Under the pieces are notes generated by a model. That model did no database searches, was not told the origin of the DNA, and worked only from the letters and a program-made list of their open reading frames with translations. From positions 124,001 through 188,000 of the forward strand of contig NOWV01000140.1 in NCBI GenBank assembly GCA_003344405.1: a stretch of 64,000 bases of DNA. The letters are read 5' to 3'. This stretch comes from Trichoplax sp. H2 (lineage: Eukaryota). Both the position numbers and the translations under genes were made by a program. This document shows, in pieces, positions 1-12,340 of this stretch (within the stretch, counting starts at the first letter, position 1; every line of letters starts with the position of its first letter).

Positions 1-230
1 CTTAATTTAGTTTTATTATACACAAAGCATGCTCATATCTCTCATAAAATTAATAATTTTTTATTTAATATGGCTATCGCCACATTGAAGATTCCTTATT
101 AAAAATAAATGTATCGCCATAGAATTGAACGTCGGTTTTATTTTTACGATCAGTAAGGTATTATTTTTAACACAAATAGTAGAAAATAATTTAAAAATAT
201 ATTATGTTAAAAAACATTATCAGAACTTAC

Positions 231-2255
231 TGTAAAGATAATATTAAAATCATCTTTTCCTTTACGCTCAAGGCCAAAGACTGCTCTTCGATCAGATCCC
301 AAAGTAATATAGCTATAAGTATTATCTATGTCCCAAACCTGGTAACGAGCTGATGATTGGAATTTGTAAAGTAAATAATCCTTTCAATATTAAGATTTTG
401 AATTTGCATTCATACAGTGTATGATTTCCATCTAGATATAACGCCTGTAATTACCGTATCTCTATCTGTTTTACTATATCGCCTTTAGATCACCATAAAC
501 TGAAAGTGAAGATTTAAGAGATTTGATTATTCTATCAACAGTTCTTACTTTCCGCTAAATTTTGATCCACTTCATCGAAGGATTTGGTATAAATCGCACT
601 ATAAATAATGTACCCATGATCAACGTGAGTATTGCTAGTGCAAGCTATAAATTGACCGGAATTTTCTAATGCGATTCCTTCATATTTAGGAGTCCCTAGA
701 ATAATTCACATGGTAGAAGCAAAACATATGATATCCACGTTAATAAAGTTTGATTATGACAATGGAGCAGTTATTAATGGCTATAGCAAAATAAAAATTA
801 AATTATACGTTGATTAGGTACAGCAGCCGCTTCGCCTTTGGCTGAATGCCAAATTGAAAACATTTAAATATAGCTGTTCATTAAATACCCTTTAAGCTGG
901 TTATTATATGCAAGTATTTAAAGTAGCCTCGCTACTATATAACTCTTAAAATCATAGATATAGAATGCGATGCTGTCTATCTCTATAATTAAAAGTACTG
1001 TACTTCGATCAAGATATTAGCGTGGAGTGAGAATGCTAATTTGTGCTAGACTGAATCCTACAAGCACATAGTCTAGTGCTTATGTAATACATGATTATTA
1101 ATCAAAGATATCGCGACAAAGCCTTTTGATAAAATTAATATTACTGCAGTTTAGGCTACAAAGCACTTTTTACAAGTATGTTGTTGCTACTGAAAGAAGC
1201 TATAAATTTTTTCTAGTCTAATTTGACTTGATAAAATGATTCTTAATCTGCTATAATTCGATTTTATACTGTTCTAGTATGGTAGTATTTCGTTGATATT
1301 ATAAGACATTTTAATATTATGGCAATTTACAAGCATTAATGAATCTAGTGGTAGGCCATAAGTTATTAGTAGATTTCTCGATCTTACTAATTTCAACTTC
1401 TATCAAACAGCATTTGATAGAGTGAGCAAGCACGGCAATATTCGGTCAATTTAGTGTAGATAAATACAGTCTATTGATGGCTTATCACTCTATCATGATT
1501 CATCATATACGAAACTGTTATGATGGCATTTCAACGACAACTAAAAGAATGGTGGCCCAAAGATTATTCATTTGTAGACTAACCCTTGATATCTTCACAA
1601 CTACATCCAATAAGATACTGCTTGGTTGAACGAAAAAGTTATATCCCGATATATGTGCGCACACCAATAGACAAAATAAGATTCTTGATAGCTTTATAAC
1701 AACATGCGTTCTACAAAATAAGCCTATTATAGCACTTTAGCTACCAACAGGATCAATATTGACTGTATTTTTACCATTTTTAATTTGAAGTATGTTAGAG
1801 ACAGCGACCGGACTTTTTGTGTTATAGACTATTATCAATATTATTGTATTTTATTAATATTCAGTCGCTTAGCGGTAGTGTACGGTTAAATTAGACAGAT
1901 GATAGCAGTGTTCTATTGGGCAACTACAAGATTTATTAGCTAAACGTAAAGAAAATGGTCGTTATGTTAAAATTTGATATAACTGAGGATAAAAGTGTAC
2001 ATTTAATCAACAGGCTTGACTTGGGCTTTAGTCGCGTTGTATTTTGTTATTACTTGATTATAATGTAATACAGTATCTGACACATCAATTTCCGGACTAA
2101 TTCTATTCCCTTTCACAATCGCCGGCGGAACTTTAAATTTTTAAACTGACGAAATTAAATTATTTTGGCATAATTGAGGAACATTTCCCGTTTCTAGTCA
2201 AGCAATAATATCACCTACAAGTTGTTGAAGGTAGATTGTCTTCTTCTGTCGGCAT
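231..2255 (-). CDS. Paralog A of an unannotated spliced gene family (candidate beta-trefoil, IL-1-like); 3' end runs off the window start
   Basis: Open exons with canonical AG/GT ends: 695..549 (phase 1/1, TPKYEGIALENSGQFIACTSNTHVDHGYIIYSAIYTKSFDEVDQNLAE) and 349..231 (phase 1/0, TRYQVWDIDNTYSYITLGSDRRAVFGLERKGKDDFNIIFT). The latter is clearly homologous to exon 6859..6687. Candidate 5' exons are 2255..2219 (MPTEEDNLPSTT) and one starting at 2130 (FPPAIVKGNRISPEIDVSD); their link to exon 695 is not resolved. Confidence 0.6.
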
Positions 2256-3439
2256 ATTGGGTAAGAATTTGAAGTTTTCGGAAAGAAAATGCCACCACCG
2301 TTATGTTTGAACTACCTCCTTTAAATAAACGGTAAACTTCAAATATATGGGATTTCGTTATCGTTTGATTTTATAGACATATGCTGATGATTTTCTCTTC
2401 AAATAATAACATGCATAATCGATTGTACCATTACAGGAGAAAAGAAATATCAACAATAGTTGTAGTGGTAATTGCTTTTATTTATTATAGACGATAGAAG
2501 AATGTGATTTGCTTTGCATTGTTGGCCGCCAGCGTGTGGTAGCATTGGCTATAGAGCGATTTACCTTTAACATAAGCAAGTATATTCTGTAAAATGTCGT
2601 AGTTATCATAAGCGTTGATTCATTTCTACTTCAATTATTGGAATCATTCCAGATACTATTGCATTAACGATCGGCTTAGTTGTGACGTTATGACAATCAG
2701 CGTTGAACCTTCTATCACTTTTTGAAGGTAAAAGGCCTTATTAATGTAGGAAAGACTATCGATAGAGCTGTACGGTGCAGTATGCTCTGAAGGTTTTCAT
2801 TTTATTACTTCATTAAAGATAGATAATAATTTCCAGTTAATGATGAGTTCCATGTACTATGATTCAATGCAAAATGGTAAATAGCTGACGTAATTGGTGT
2901 ATTCGGCATTCTACAAAGGTGATTACTTAATTATATTTTTTTCATTGCATGCATAATAGATCAAACTTTCTAAAGTACAAATTTATTTGCATCGTTTATC
3001 CTAATAGGATTATCGAAGAACGATTGATGACGAAATACGAGGGTGTGAGTGACATATTTATTTTCCCGTGAAATTAATTATTTACAAAGTATTCTTTGTG
3101 CTTATCATCGCTGATAGTTGTTTAATATTTATGCTATGACAATAATTAATCAAATGCCTGTATTCAAGTTGGACGGTAAACTACTCACCATTGCACAGCT
3201 TTTCACATGTCTATTACATATGTTTCTGCTTTATGATAGGTTTAGATTCTTTGCTAAACATAAATCAATAATTATTGTATTGCATTAATGCCAGAAGCGA
3301 TTTCAAATGTCATGTTAAATGAACTTAAGATAAATTTCATTTGGTTTTGTTCAACTTCATGAAGAATATCTGTAAAGTAAAAAGTAAATCTAATCTTCAA
3401 TACGAATTCCTTCGTATTAACGCTTTTTCCCTTCTAGTA

Positions 3440-3680
3440 ACATTAACGGAACCATAAATTTATCATGGAGAAACTGTATTTAAAAAATATTCTATTAAAC
3501 TTTTCCTGACTTAACGCAGTATCTAACATCACCTACAGAGTGTTGGCTGATCGCCACTTCTTGAATTGCGCTTATTTTGGTCTTCTGACTTTTTCTTATT
3601 AGGTTTTTAATACCGGTTTTGGAGGATACAATCCGGTTCATTCTTACGACTTGCTGCAGCTCAAACTTCCTACTTGCGAT
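3440..3680 (-). pseudogene. Orphan copy of the family's 5' exon-intron module
   Basis: Shares GAAGTTT...GTAAGAATG with 8835-8865, ends in T|GTAGGT, and is followed by the homologous short intron. That intron's acceptor is mutated (TTTATGG instead of TTTATAG), and the exon frame is shifted relative to the other copies. Confidence 0.45.
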
Positions 3681-6091
3681 GCTACATTACAAATAAAATT
3701 CAAGCTACTCGATGTTTGTTTTTATAAAAAATATTATATAACAACCTAAAGGCTGTATTTTATTATAGGAGAAAAGATAATATTTGCCAGATGTAGATTA
3801 GCAATTAGTTTTCATACATAACTGACGATAAAAGAAAATAATTTAGTTTATATTGTCAACCAATATGATGAGGTGGCACTTGCTTTATGCTAACATTGTT
3901 TTAGCGCCAATGAGAACTATTTTATGTAATCATTTAGTTACGGCTAATGTTGGTTGATTAATCTATTTTGTTTTCGGCACTATTCGACGTTACACATTAT
4001 CAAATAACGATTGATCTACAAGTTCAGCTGTCCTCGCTGAAATCTGTCGTTACTTTATACATAAAATGAAGACCAAGAGTGCTAGATAATGAGATATTTG
4101 GTAATATACTCTGAAAATTTTAATTTTACGACCCAAATAAAGACAGATTGCAAATTTTACAGTCATAAATTCCAAGTGTAGAGAAATTAAGTGCTAACTA
4201 ATCAAACTCTGACTCCATTATTCATAATTATTATGTTCTATACTTTATAAAGACCTTTACTCATTTACTGTCATTACTTTTTGCACAATTTTAAACCCTG
4301 CTTAAATTATAATAGATCGAACGTTGACTCATATGCACTAATAACATCTTTATAGGAATATCTAAACATTGGAAAAGCTCATTCGTAGCAAAGAATCACG
4401 TAGGAATAGGATTACAGCAAGGTTTTTATGTTTTGCAGTGAATAAGATTATCTTTAGAATATATGTCAATATTTTATGCTTGCAGTTGCAATCCAAATCT
4501 ACTTGATATATATTCATTCAATGATAGTTGAACTTCTCTACGCTATTGAGAGGGGAAAGAATTCCCTAATAAACAATTTTTCTCGCATCGAATAATTCTC
4601 AATATATTTATCCTTACTTTGCTTCACGCTGCAATAATTGACGTGATTTCATCAATATTTATTAGCCATTTCCATCCTAAGAGCAATTGCTAATGATTCA
4701 GTATGATTAATTAACAAGATATAATAGTATGAAAGGAATGAATTAGAGTAGTATACTACCAGTTCCCGAGTACACGCAATTATCATCCAGAATGTATTTT
4801 ATTGGTATTATTAATTTTTGGCTTTGGGTAATTAAGCAGGGATGTAAAGGTATAAGAATTGTCGAGAGTGTTAAGAAATAATTCGGAATGCAAACAGTTT
4901 TCCTCGATATCTCTCATCTTACTATTCGATGACCGGTAAAAATATTTTTGCTAGCAATATCACGTAGCATAAGATATCAGTATTACGAGAGATCAATCTG
5001 ATGAAAAGAAAAGAAATAACATTTTATTGCTATACTTTCGGAAGTTTTTATTAATCCTTTAAGGAATAAAAATAGCGATGGAACAACAAAATTCTTGTAG
5101 TAAAAATGATCATAATCTCCTTGATTTGTCAATAGGTAGTCTTCCATCTTATTAAGATAGAGCATTAAATCTAAATATTTATTATATACGTCAAGACTAA
5201 AGGTGAAAACTGGTAAATTTATTTTTATTGATTTTTCATCTTAAAGTAACTGCATAATATATTTAATTTCTACTAATAACTAGCTCTAAGCTTTAATTTT
5301 CCTAATATCAAGATTTTAAATTACCATGTTACATTGGAACTGACGATGCAATTGAGATTTTTGGGCTAGCACCTTTGAAATAATGAATAAATTATCTAGA
5401 GTATAAAGAAAGCTTTAGGATGTACACAACTTATCTAGTAACTGCTATATGCAATTCTGCTTCACGGCTCGTAGGACTACCTTCACTTGGCCTAATGCGT
5501 AAAATAAGACAAAGTATCTACAAGAGACCACTAAATTCCAACGAATGCAAATAAATGGAAATTCATTTGAATTATTATACCTATTTTAGTCGTTATTAAC
5601 TGTTTATTCCATAGAAATAATCATGGGAGAAAAAATTTTGCAAATAGAATAACTGTAATCTTTTAGACCTGACGATAGCCGATTTTCGAATTTCGTTATG
5701 ATAGAGCTTACTACAGTGTATCTTTAATGCTAGAAATTTTTCAAATAGGCACTCGAAGTAAAATTGATAAATTTTATTAATTTTTGTAGGCGAAATTACT
5801 GGCAATACAGATACATTTAAAGTGATACTAACAACATACTAACGACTGATTTTTTTCTTAATATGTACTTGATTTTATGATTTAAATTATTGTATTTTAT
5901 CAGAATTATCGGAAAATATCTAGGAAAATCGTTCCATTCGGGAATAGTACATAGGTTGTGGTTGCAGTCAAGAAAATAATTGGAGCATTGAATGATATTT
6001 ATCAGGGTAGCACTGAACTAAGCTGTCTATATAGCTATAGCATTAACTGAACTTGATAACAGAAACAGGCTTTGTAGACAGATATCGTATT

Positions 6092-7087
6092 TTATACGCT
6101 GACTTTAGCTAAATTTAATATACACTGAGTTGGAAGATAACCTATAGGACAATTTACTAGATGAGCACATACTTTATCGCCATCGTTCATATTTTCATCA
6201 TTATCTACATGATCATCAAAACAAACCGTATACTGGATTGACTTATCACCAATTTTTTTTGCCACTCGTAAGCACAACCTTTGAAAATTAGCGTTACTAG
6301 AAACCAAATATAAATCGAATAGGCAAACAAAATTCTTGTCGTTGTTAATTTTCTGGATCTCCTTCAAAACCTCTTTTACACTCGTTTTATTCAGACGCTG
6401 GCGAAAAGCAAGTGTAATATAATTCAGGATGCTAAATGATTCATTTCATTTATTTATTAGAATAAATTATTTAGAGTAGCTGATGCTCTTATTCTCATTA
6501 TTACAGTATCCTATCTAAAGCTTACTACTACCAATTCTTTTATTGGCCTAGTTTACAAATAGCTATTACAGGAAATATAAATTGCATGTCGACTCTGTTT
6601 TGCTGTCAATAAGCTAACACTCTGTTCAATTTATATAACTGCTATTTAAATATGAAATCGAAGAAGTCTTACTCTAGTCTACGTACCCTAAATACTACAT
6701 CATAATCATCATCTGATCCACCTTTTTTATGTTTAAGACAAAAGATGGCTGGTGGTATTTCTTTATCGGCAATAGATCCAAAAGTAATGCAACTTTTCCA
6801 TGGTGTTTCTTGCATGGATTTATCGTCGACTAGGAATATTTTCGAAATATGATAACGAGCTGGTAATTAGTAATAGAGAAGAATAATTAGTGTGATGAGA
6901 ATGTCAGTTATATACTTTGTACGGATTCATCAGCTTTATAAATATAATTCTGAGTTGGTATAACTGTAAGAATTAATTTATGGCTAGGAATAAATGATAT
7001 TTTCAAGCAGTATATTCAACTACCATTATAATACTTACGAAACGATAGCTTTTATGAGTATCTGATATGATATTAATAGCATTTTTC
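6092..7087 (-). CDS. Paralog B of the same family (candidate beta-trefoil protein), 3' exons
   Basis: A stop-free, phase-consistent chain can be built: 7087..7039, 6983..6916, 6859..6687, 6621..6557, 6431..6092. It gives ...YQILIKAIVSHKLILTVIPTQNYIYKADESVQTRYHISKIF...SCITFGS...AIFCLKHKKGGSDDDYDVVFRSVSLLTAKQSRHAIYISCNSYFILNYITLAFRQRLNK...FVCLFDLYLVSS...IGDKSIQYTVCFDD...TQCILNLAKVSV*. An alternative model (6621..6526 joined to 6397) has an in-frame TAA at 6555..6553. The acceptor at 7088 is weak. Confidence 0.6.
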
Positions 7088-8489
7088 CTAACTTTTATAC
7101 GGTCATTAAAGCCAACTTTTACTGAATTTGACAATATATATGCGTATAATTGTATATAAGTACTACAAGTTGCTTTACGTAATTTTACCTTAACCGATAC
7201 ACAGCACGAAGTTGATAAACTCATTAATATTAAGCTATGTGTAGATAACCAGTTACTTCTAATTACTATTTAGTATTATATAATTAGCTTAAATCACTAC
7301 AAAAATATATCTACTTCTATTAGTTCAGTTATATCAAATATTAAAGTATGTCCAGATGATAATAGCATAGTGATATAAAGAAACTGAATTATTCTATCTT
7401 TAAGTCTTACTTGAATCAATATTGGCATCCAAATAATCGAAGCGTTTGACATACTTTCCGTGGTAAATACCGTAGGTTCCATTTACTTTCTCATTGCTGT
7501 ATGCAATAAATTTACTTGAATTTTGCAAAAGGACTTCCGCATGTTGAGATTTATCTTGGATAGATCGTTGGGATAAATATCAATATGATATCAGATTAAA
7601 AAATAGATTGGTACAAATGTTATCTGTCAATCGGAAAAGCAAGGTGGTGGTCGATTATTGTGATATGTGTACAGCCTAGCCATTCAGATGTGTCTCGATC
7701 TCGAATCTACAATAGTTGGTTATTACTACATTACAGTACATTTTCAAATGATCATCTATGATATGCTCGTATGTCGGTATTTTAAGTATACGTACTACTG
7801 CGTCTAGTTTGTAAGAGTATTTAAAAGACCTGAAATCTGAGGTATACTTGTTACAGTTAAAAAGACATGGAGTAAAAGCTGCATGTCTATGATTGAAGCT
7901 ATAGCTACCATGACCCTTTTTACTTGATGTTATTCGTTGAATTAAAATTTAAAAGTATGCTAAGCTGAATACCGCAAGTGAACTGGTATTTTCCGGACAC
8001 CTTTAGAATCTAAGACTAATAAGATTAACTAATTTGACGGTAGTTTACGAGAATAACATAGCAATATTTTAATAGGCATTGTCCGGTTTTCTAGCATAAT
8101 AACGGAACAAATATCGATGGATTTAAGTCTTAATTATTGTACAATAGCTTAAATTTATTTCTACTTTGATTGTAGAATTTGTTAGCAATGGAAGATGCTT
8201 AGTTTTATGGAATTATACCAATACGTAAGGATCTGTTGATCAATCATAATTATCAGAAAATGAATTTGAGGTAGATTGGAATATATTATCGTCAGTTCAT
8301 CTTTGAGTTTTATTGTACAGCCAAATTGTTATTTTATTACAATTTATTATTTAATACGAATAATTCCAGATTATTACTGATATTCTTTCAATGTTTCTAA
8401 AGAACTATAAATTTATCTTGGAAAAATTAAAATCATTTTATTCTATTTTATCATTTTTCCTGTTAAAATTAATATCTAATATAACCTAC

Positions 8490-8835
8490 AACTTAATGAT
8501 TTTGATAATGGCTGCTCTGGCAAGTCCTCGTCTTCTGATCTATGAGAGGTAGAGTCTAATCTTTCATCGGAGACTCCCGCTAGGAAATACAACAACATTC
8601 TTATAGACTACCACGGGCAACTCCTTCATATTATTTAATTCTTACATTTTTTTTTCAATGTTGTTGACAGAACTGTAAATTTATCTTGGAGTAGCTAAAA
8701 TTATCTTAATATATTTTACAAATACCTTCCGTTTAAGTTTAATATACTATATTACTTACAAGCAGATGTATTTTCCAACGTATTTCCGATAGAATCTGGT
8801 GTGTCATCAGAAGTTTGAGTAGGTGAAGAGGACAT
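8490..8835 (-). CDS. Acidic Ser/Thr-rich 5' exons, probably the N-terminus of paralog B
   Basis: Three open exons joined by phase-1 introns with canonical sites: 8835..8760 (MSSSPTQTSDDTPDSIGNTLENTSA), 27-nt microexon 8672..8646 (FLSTTLKKK) and 8579..8490 (SGVSDERLDSTSHRSEDEDLPEQPLSKSLS). The next homologous exon (from 8404) hits TAG after two codons, so the link to 7087 is unproven. Confidence 0.45.
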
Positions 8836-10319
8836 TCTTACAAGTATGCTGTAGCTAAACTTCTTCCTTACAACTCGTTATAATGATAAATAAGGAATAA
8901 AATATAAGTCAGTTAAAGTTTGACCTTATAAAAGTTTCTAATGTTTGTTGAAATTATATCCGATTAGATATCTAGGAGAAAAGATAATACCGAAAAAGCA
9001 GAGGATAATAACTGCTTTTCTACATTATCGATAAAAAAAATAATATGATTTGCTCTGTGTTGTTGGCTAATATGACGCAGCAGTAATTTATGGCAAATTG
9101 ACTATAATTTAGGCAAGAATTGCTCTGTATAATTCCTCAATTGTGGCTTGTCTTGATTAGTTAATCTATCTCCATTCTTGGAGTTACATATTCTAGATAT
9201 TAATAATTTAACAATTAATCAAACGGTAGCATAGCCAAAATTGGATCTGCTACTCTTTTATATTTAAGGTAGAGGCTATAAATACTAGATAATTAGATTT
9301 ACTCGTTTAGCACATTCTTAAAGATTGTCATTATATTATTAAACCAAATATAGGTAGTAAATTTTTCATCATTATCAATTCTATGCAAAGAAATTCACTG
9401 CCAACTGTTAGGTGTTTGAAATATATGATGTATTCTAAGTGTTATGACTACTATCACAATTATTTTATTTATTATTGTTGATTTTTCCAATTTCATTCCA
9501 CAGTACTATAATACATTAAATTTTTACGAATGATTTTTATTAGCATCTTAATAATAGCATCATTGAATTCGAAAAGCTTAAGTACGTTAATGCAACATTT
9601 CGGAAGAAATACATTAAAATCGTAGAGTTCTTATCCTTTAAGAATACAAAATGCAACTAATTATATTGGTGCAACCATGCGCAAGGAATAAATTAGGGTG
9701 GCATGCAAGTTTTCACGTGAATGCAATTATCATTTATTATGCATTTTACCGCTATTTTTAATTGCTGGCTTTAATTGAGTAATTATCCAGCGATTACCGT
9801 ATGTAGTCATAAAGAGTATATGTTGTAAGTATTGTTTGGAGTGTCAGCGAAAGTACTTGCATCTACACGATTTTTCTCGTATCTATCATATTTCTACCAT
9901 ATAACTGATACGAATAGTTTTGTTCGGATATCATAAATCATATTGTATCAGTACTATGAAAGGCTCTTCTAATTAAAACACATAGAATGAGCTTAATTCG
10001 TATTATTGTACATTCACCGTCCGCTATTAGGGCTATACAGAATAGAAACATTCATGGGAAAAATTCTAGCAGAAGGAATGATAGCAATCTCCTAGATCAC
10101 TCGATAAACGATTTTCTATTTTGTTATGATATAAAATAATACAATGCATTAATAATACTAGACGTTTTTCAAACAGCTAGTCAAAGTTAAACTTAAATAT
10201 TGCTAGATTTTATTCTTGTTCATATTTATATCTTAATGTTAACACAAAAATGTTGAACTGTTATCTTATAATTACTTTTAGTCACAATTTTTTCTATCTT
10301 CCAAAGATTTTAAATAACT

Positions 10320-12340
10320 CTATTTTATCAGAACTGGGTACAAAGCAGGGACATCATCGTTATCATTTCGTTCGAAAATAAGTATAATTGCAGTTTAGGG
10401 CTTGGAATAGTCCAGACATGCATACATAGTTCCAGTATTTACCGGACTTGATTGAATGATGGAATAGAATGAAGATCTTTGCAATAGAACAAAATGTTGC
10501 TATTGCGATATAACATTAGATTTCTAAATTAATAGAATGCATTCATTTATTTATCATAATATACGTAGTTATGAGTAGTACTAGTAGTTAATCTTGCAAT
10601 GGTCATTACACCATTCCTGATCAAGGAATAGAGCAAATTTCGCTAGGATTAGATCTTAACTGCTATACTATGACCTAAATTTATACCCAGCTATAACACT
10701 AGTATCTTGCTAGGAATATATGATGTTTAGTTTTACGGGCGCTGGCATGAATATAGAGAGATCCGATAATTACCATTGGATTTTTAGTGTGATTTATAAT
10801 TTTAACACAGTTATACTATAGAATGCAATAGGATAGAGTGGACAAATACAGTGGTATTGTATAGCCGTAAATCAATTCTACACAAGTGGATTTGAACTAC
10901 TACATCTAAGTAATACAATATTAAAGAAGGCAGTGTCTTGATCTCAACGATTAGATTTTAGTAAAGTAGTATTATTTTTGGACAAGCTTACATAAAGTTG
11001 CCTTTAATTTTATCGTAGTAAACTTACTGCATAATCGCACACATGACAATATGTAATAGGTAAAATAGTCCGGCTTAAGCTTTAGTTACAGATCAGATAA
11101 TGGTACTATTTAACAGTCCTAATATGTAATATATTCAATTTTGGACGCCATACCACACTAAAGGATAAAATTAGTTACATTATATTCGCATTGTAATGTT
11201 GACTCTGACTTGTAGTCTAACAGAATCTACCGAAACTATATGTCAATACTTAAGATTTCTGATTTAGTGTAAGAAAGATAAAGTGGTTAGGTTATATTTC
11301 AGTTTTGCTACAGTCTATCCTGTTATTATGATAAGAATTTGGTATCTAATATTGCCATTTCTAGATTGATCATATACCCTTTCATGGCCGTTGACAGGAC
11401 TATAAAATTTTTCTAATATGTTTTACCAATATTTTTCAATTTCAGTTCAATATCTAATATCGCCTAAAATGGACTGTTCATTTACTGTACTGTAGAGTGC
11501 AAGATATCATCTTTAGCTCCCACTTGAGTTTGATCGCGTCATATCGTGTTATCATTTTATTACATTTCAGTTATTAATACGTGTATGAATATTTCTAAAT
11601 TTAGAGTTAACACGGATGATCTTGTTACAATTTTGACCGAATCGGTTTGTGATAGCTAGTCTTACCGCGCTAGTGCGTAGTAATATAGTACGTCTGCACT
11701 CATCATATTTAAAAACTTGTACAACTTACAGCTGTTTTTTGGTTTTTAGTAATCCCACTGATGCGATTCTAGTCAGTCAACTCATCAGGGTTGCATTTAG
11801 TAGTTACCAGTTACCGGCAATCATAAGTAATTATAATTGCTTGAGAAGTCTAAGCACCATCGTGTGCGCTATTTGATTTAGATACCGTAGTGAGATCCAT
11901 CGTAATCTAGATTGCCTCAGTTAGACCCTAAAGTCAAATAATATTCAACGTCGTTTTGGATCATTACTTGGTCTCAAATAAAGAGTAAACCTAGGACTAA
12001 CTGATATCGGTCAGGTATTGATTATTTGCGTAGAAGTAGTCCAATTAGTACATTAGTCGGAGTACCTGGAGAATTTACCGCATCGGCGGATGAAATAGTT
12101 CTCATACAATACGTTAAAAATACTGAACTGCAACAACCCTTTCAAAATCGCTAACGGAAGTATCGGAACTATAAACTTGACTGGCAGAAACTAAAATAAT
12201 TTTAATAAATATTTCCCTTTTCAATTTAATACCGATTATCATCTACATTTGGCATCAATGCAAGACGTCTCTGATACGAGAACATTGTTGTAAATTGCTG
12301 AGATTGAATCCAATGCGTTGCAACTTTGGGTTACAACTAA
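10320..12340 (-). pseudogene. Decayed paralog C of the same family
   Basis: Intron 10525-10560 resembles 6432-6470. Degenerate coding similarity (LCMHV vs LCLRV; KTKHHIFL vs KQSRHAIYI) is interrupted by stops. The 5' modules recur at 11390-11550 and 12060-12340 (PLAILKG vs PAIVKG of paralog A). Confidence 0.45.

Noticed and set aside
455-499. 45-nt exon-like segment between exons of paralog A
   Set aside because: Stops in all three frames; the flanking exons join in phase without it.
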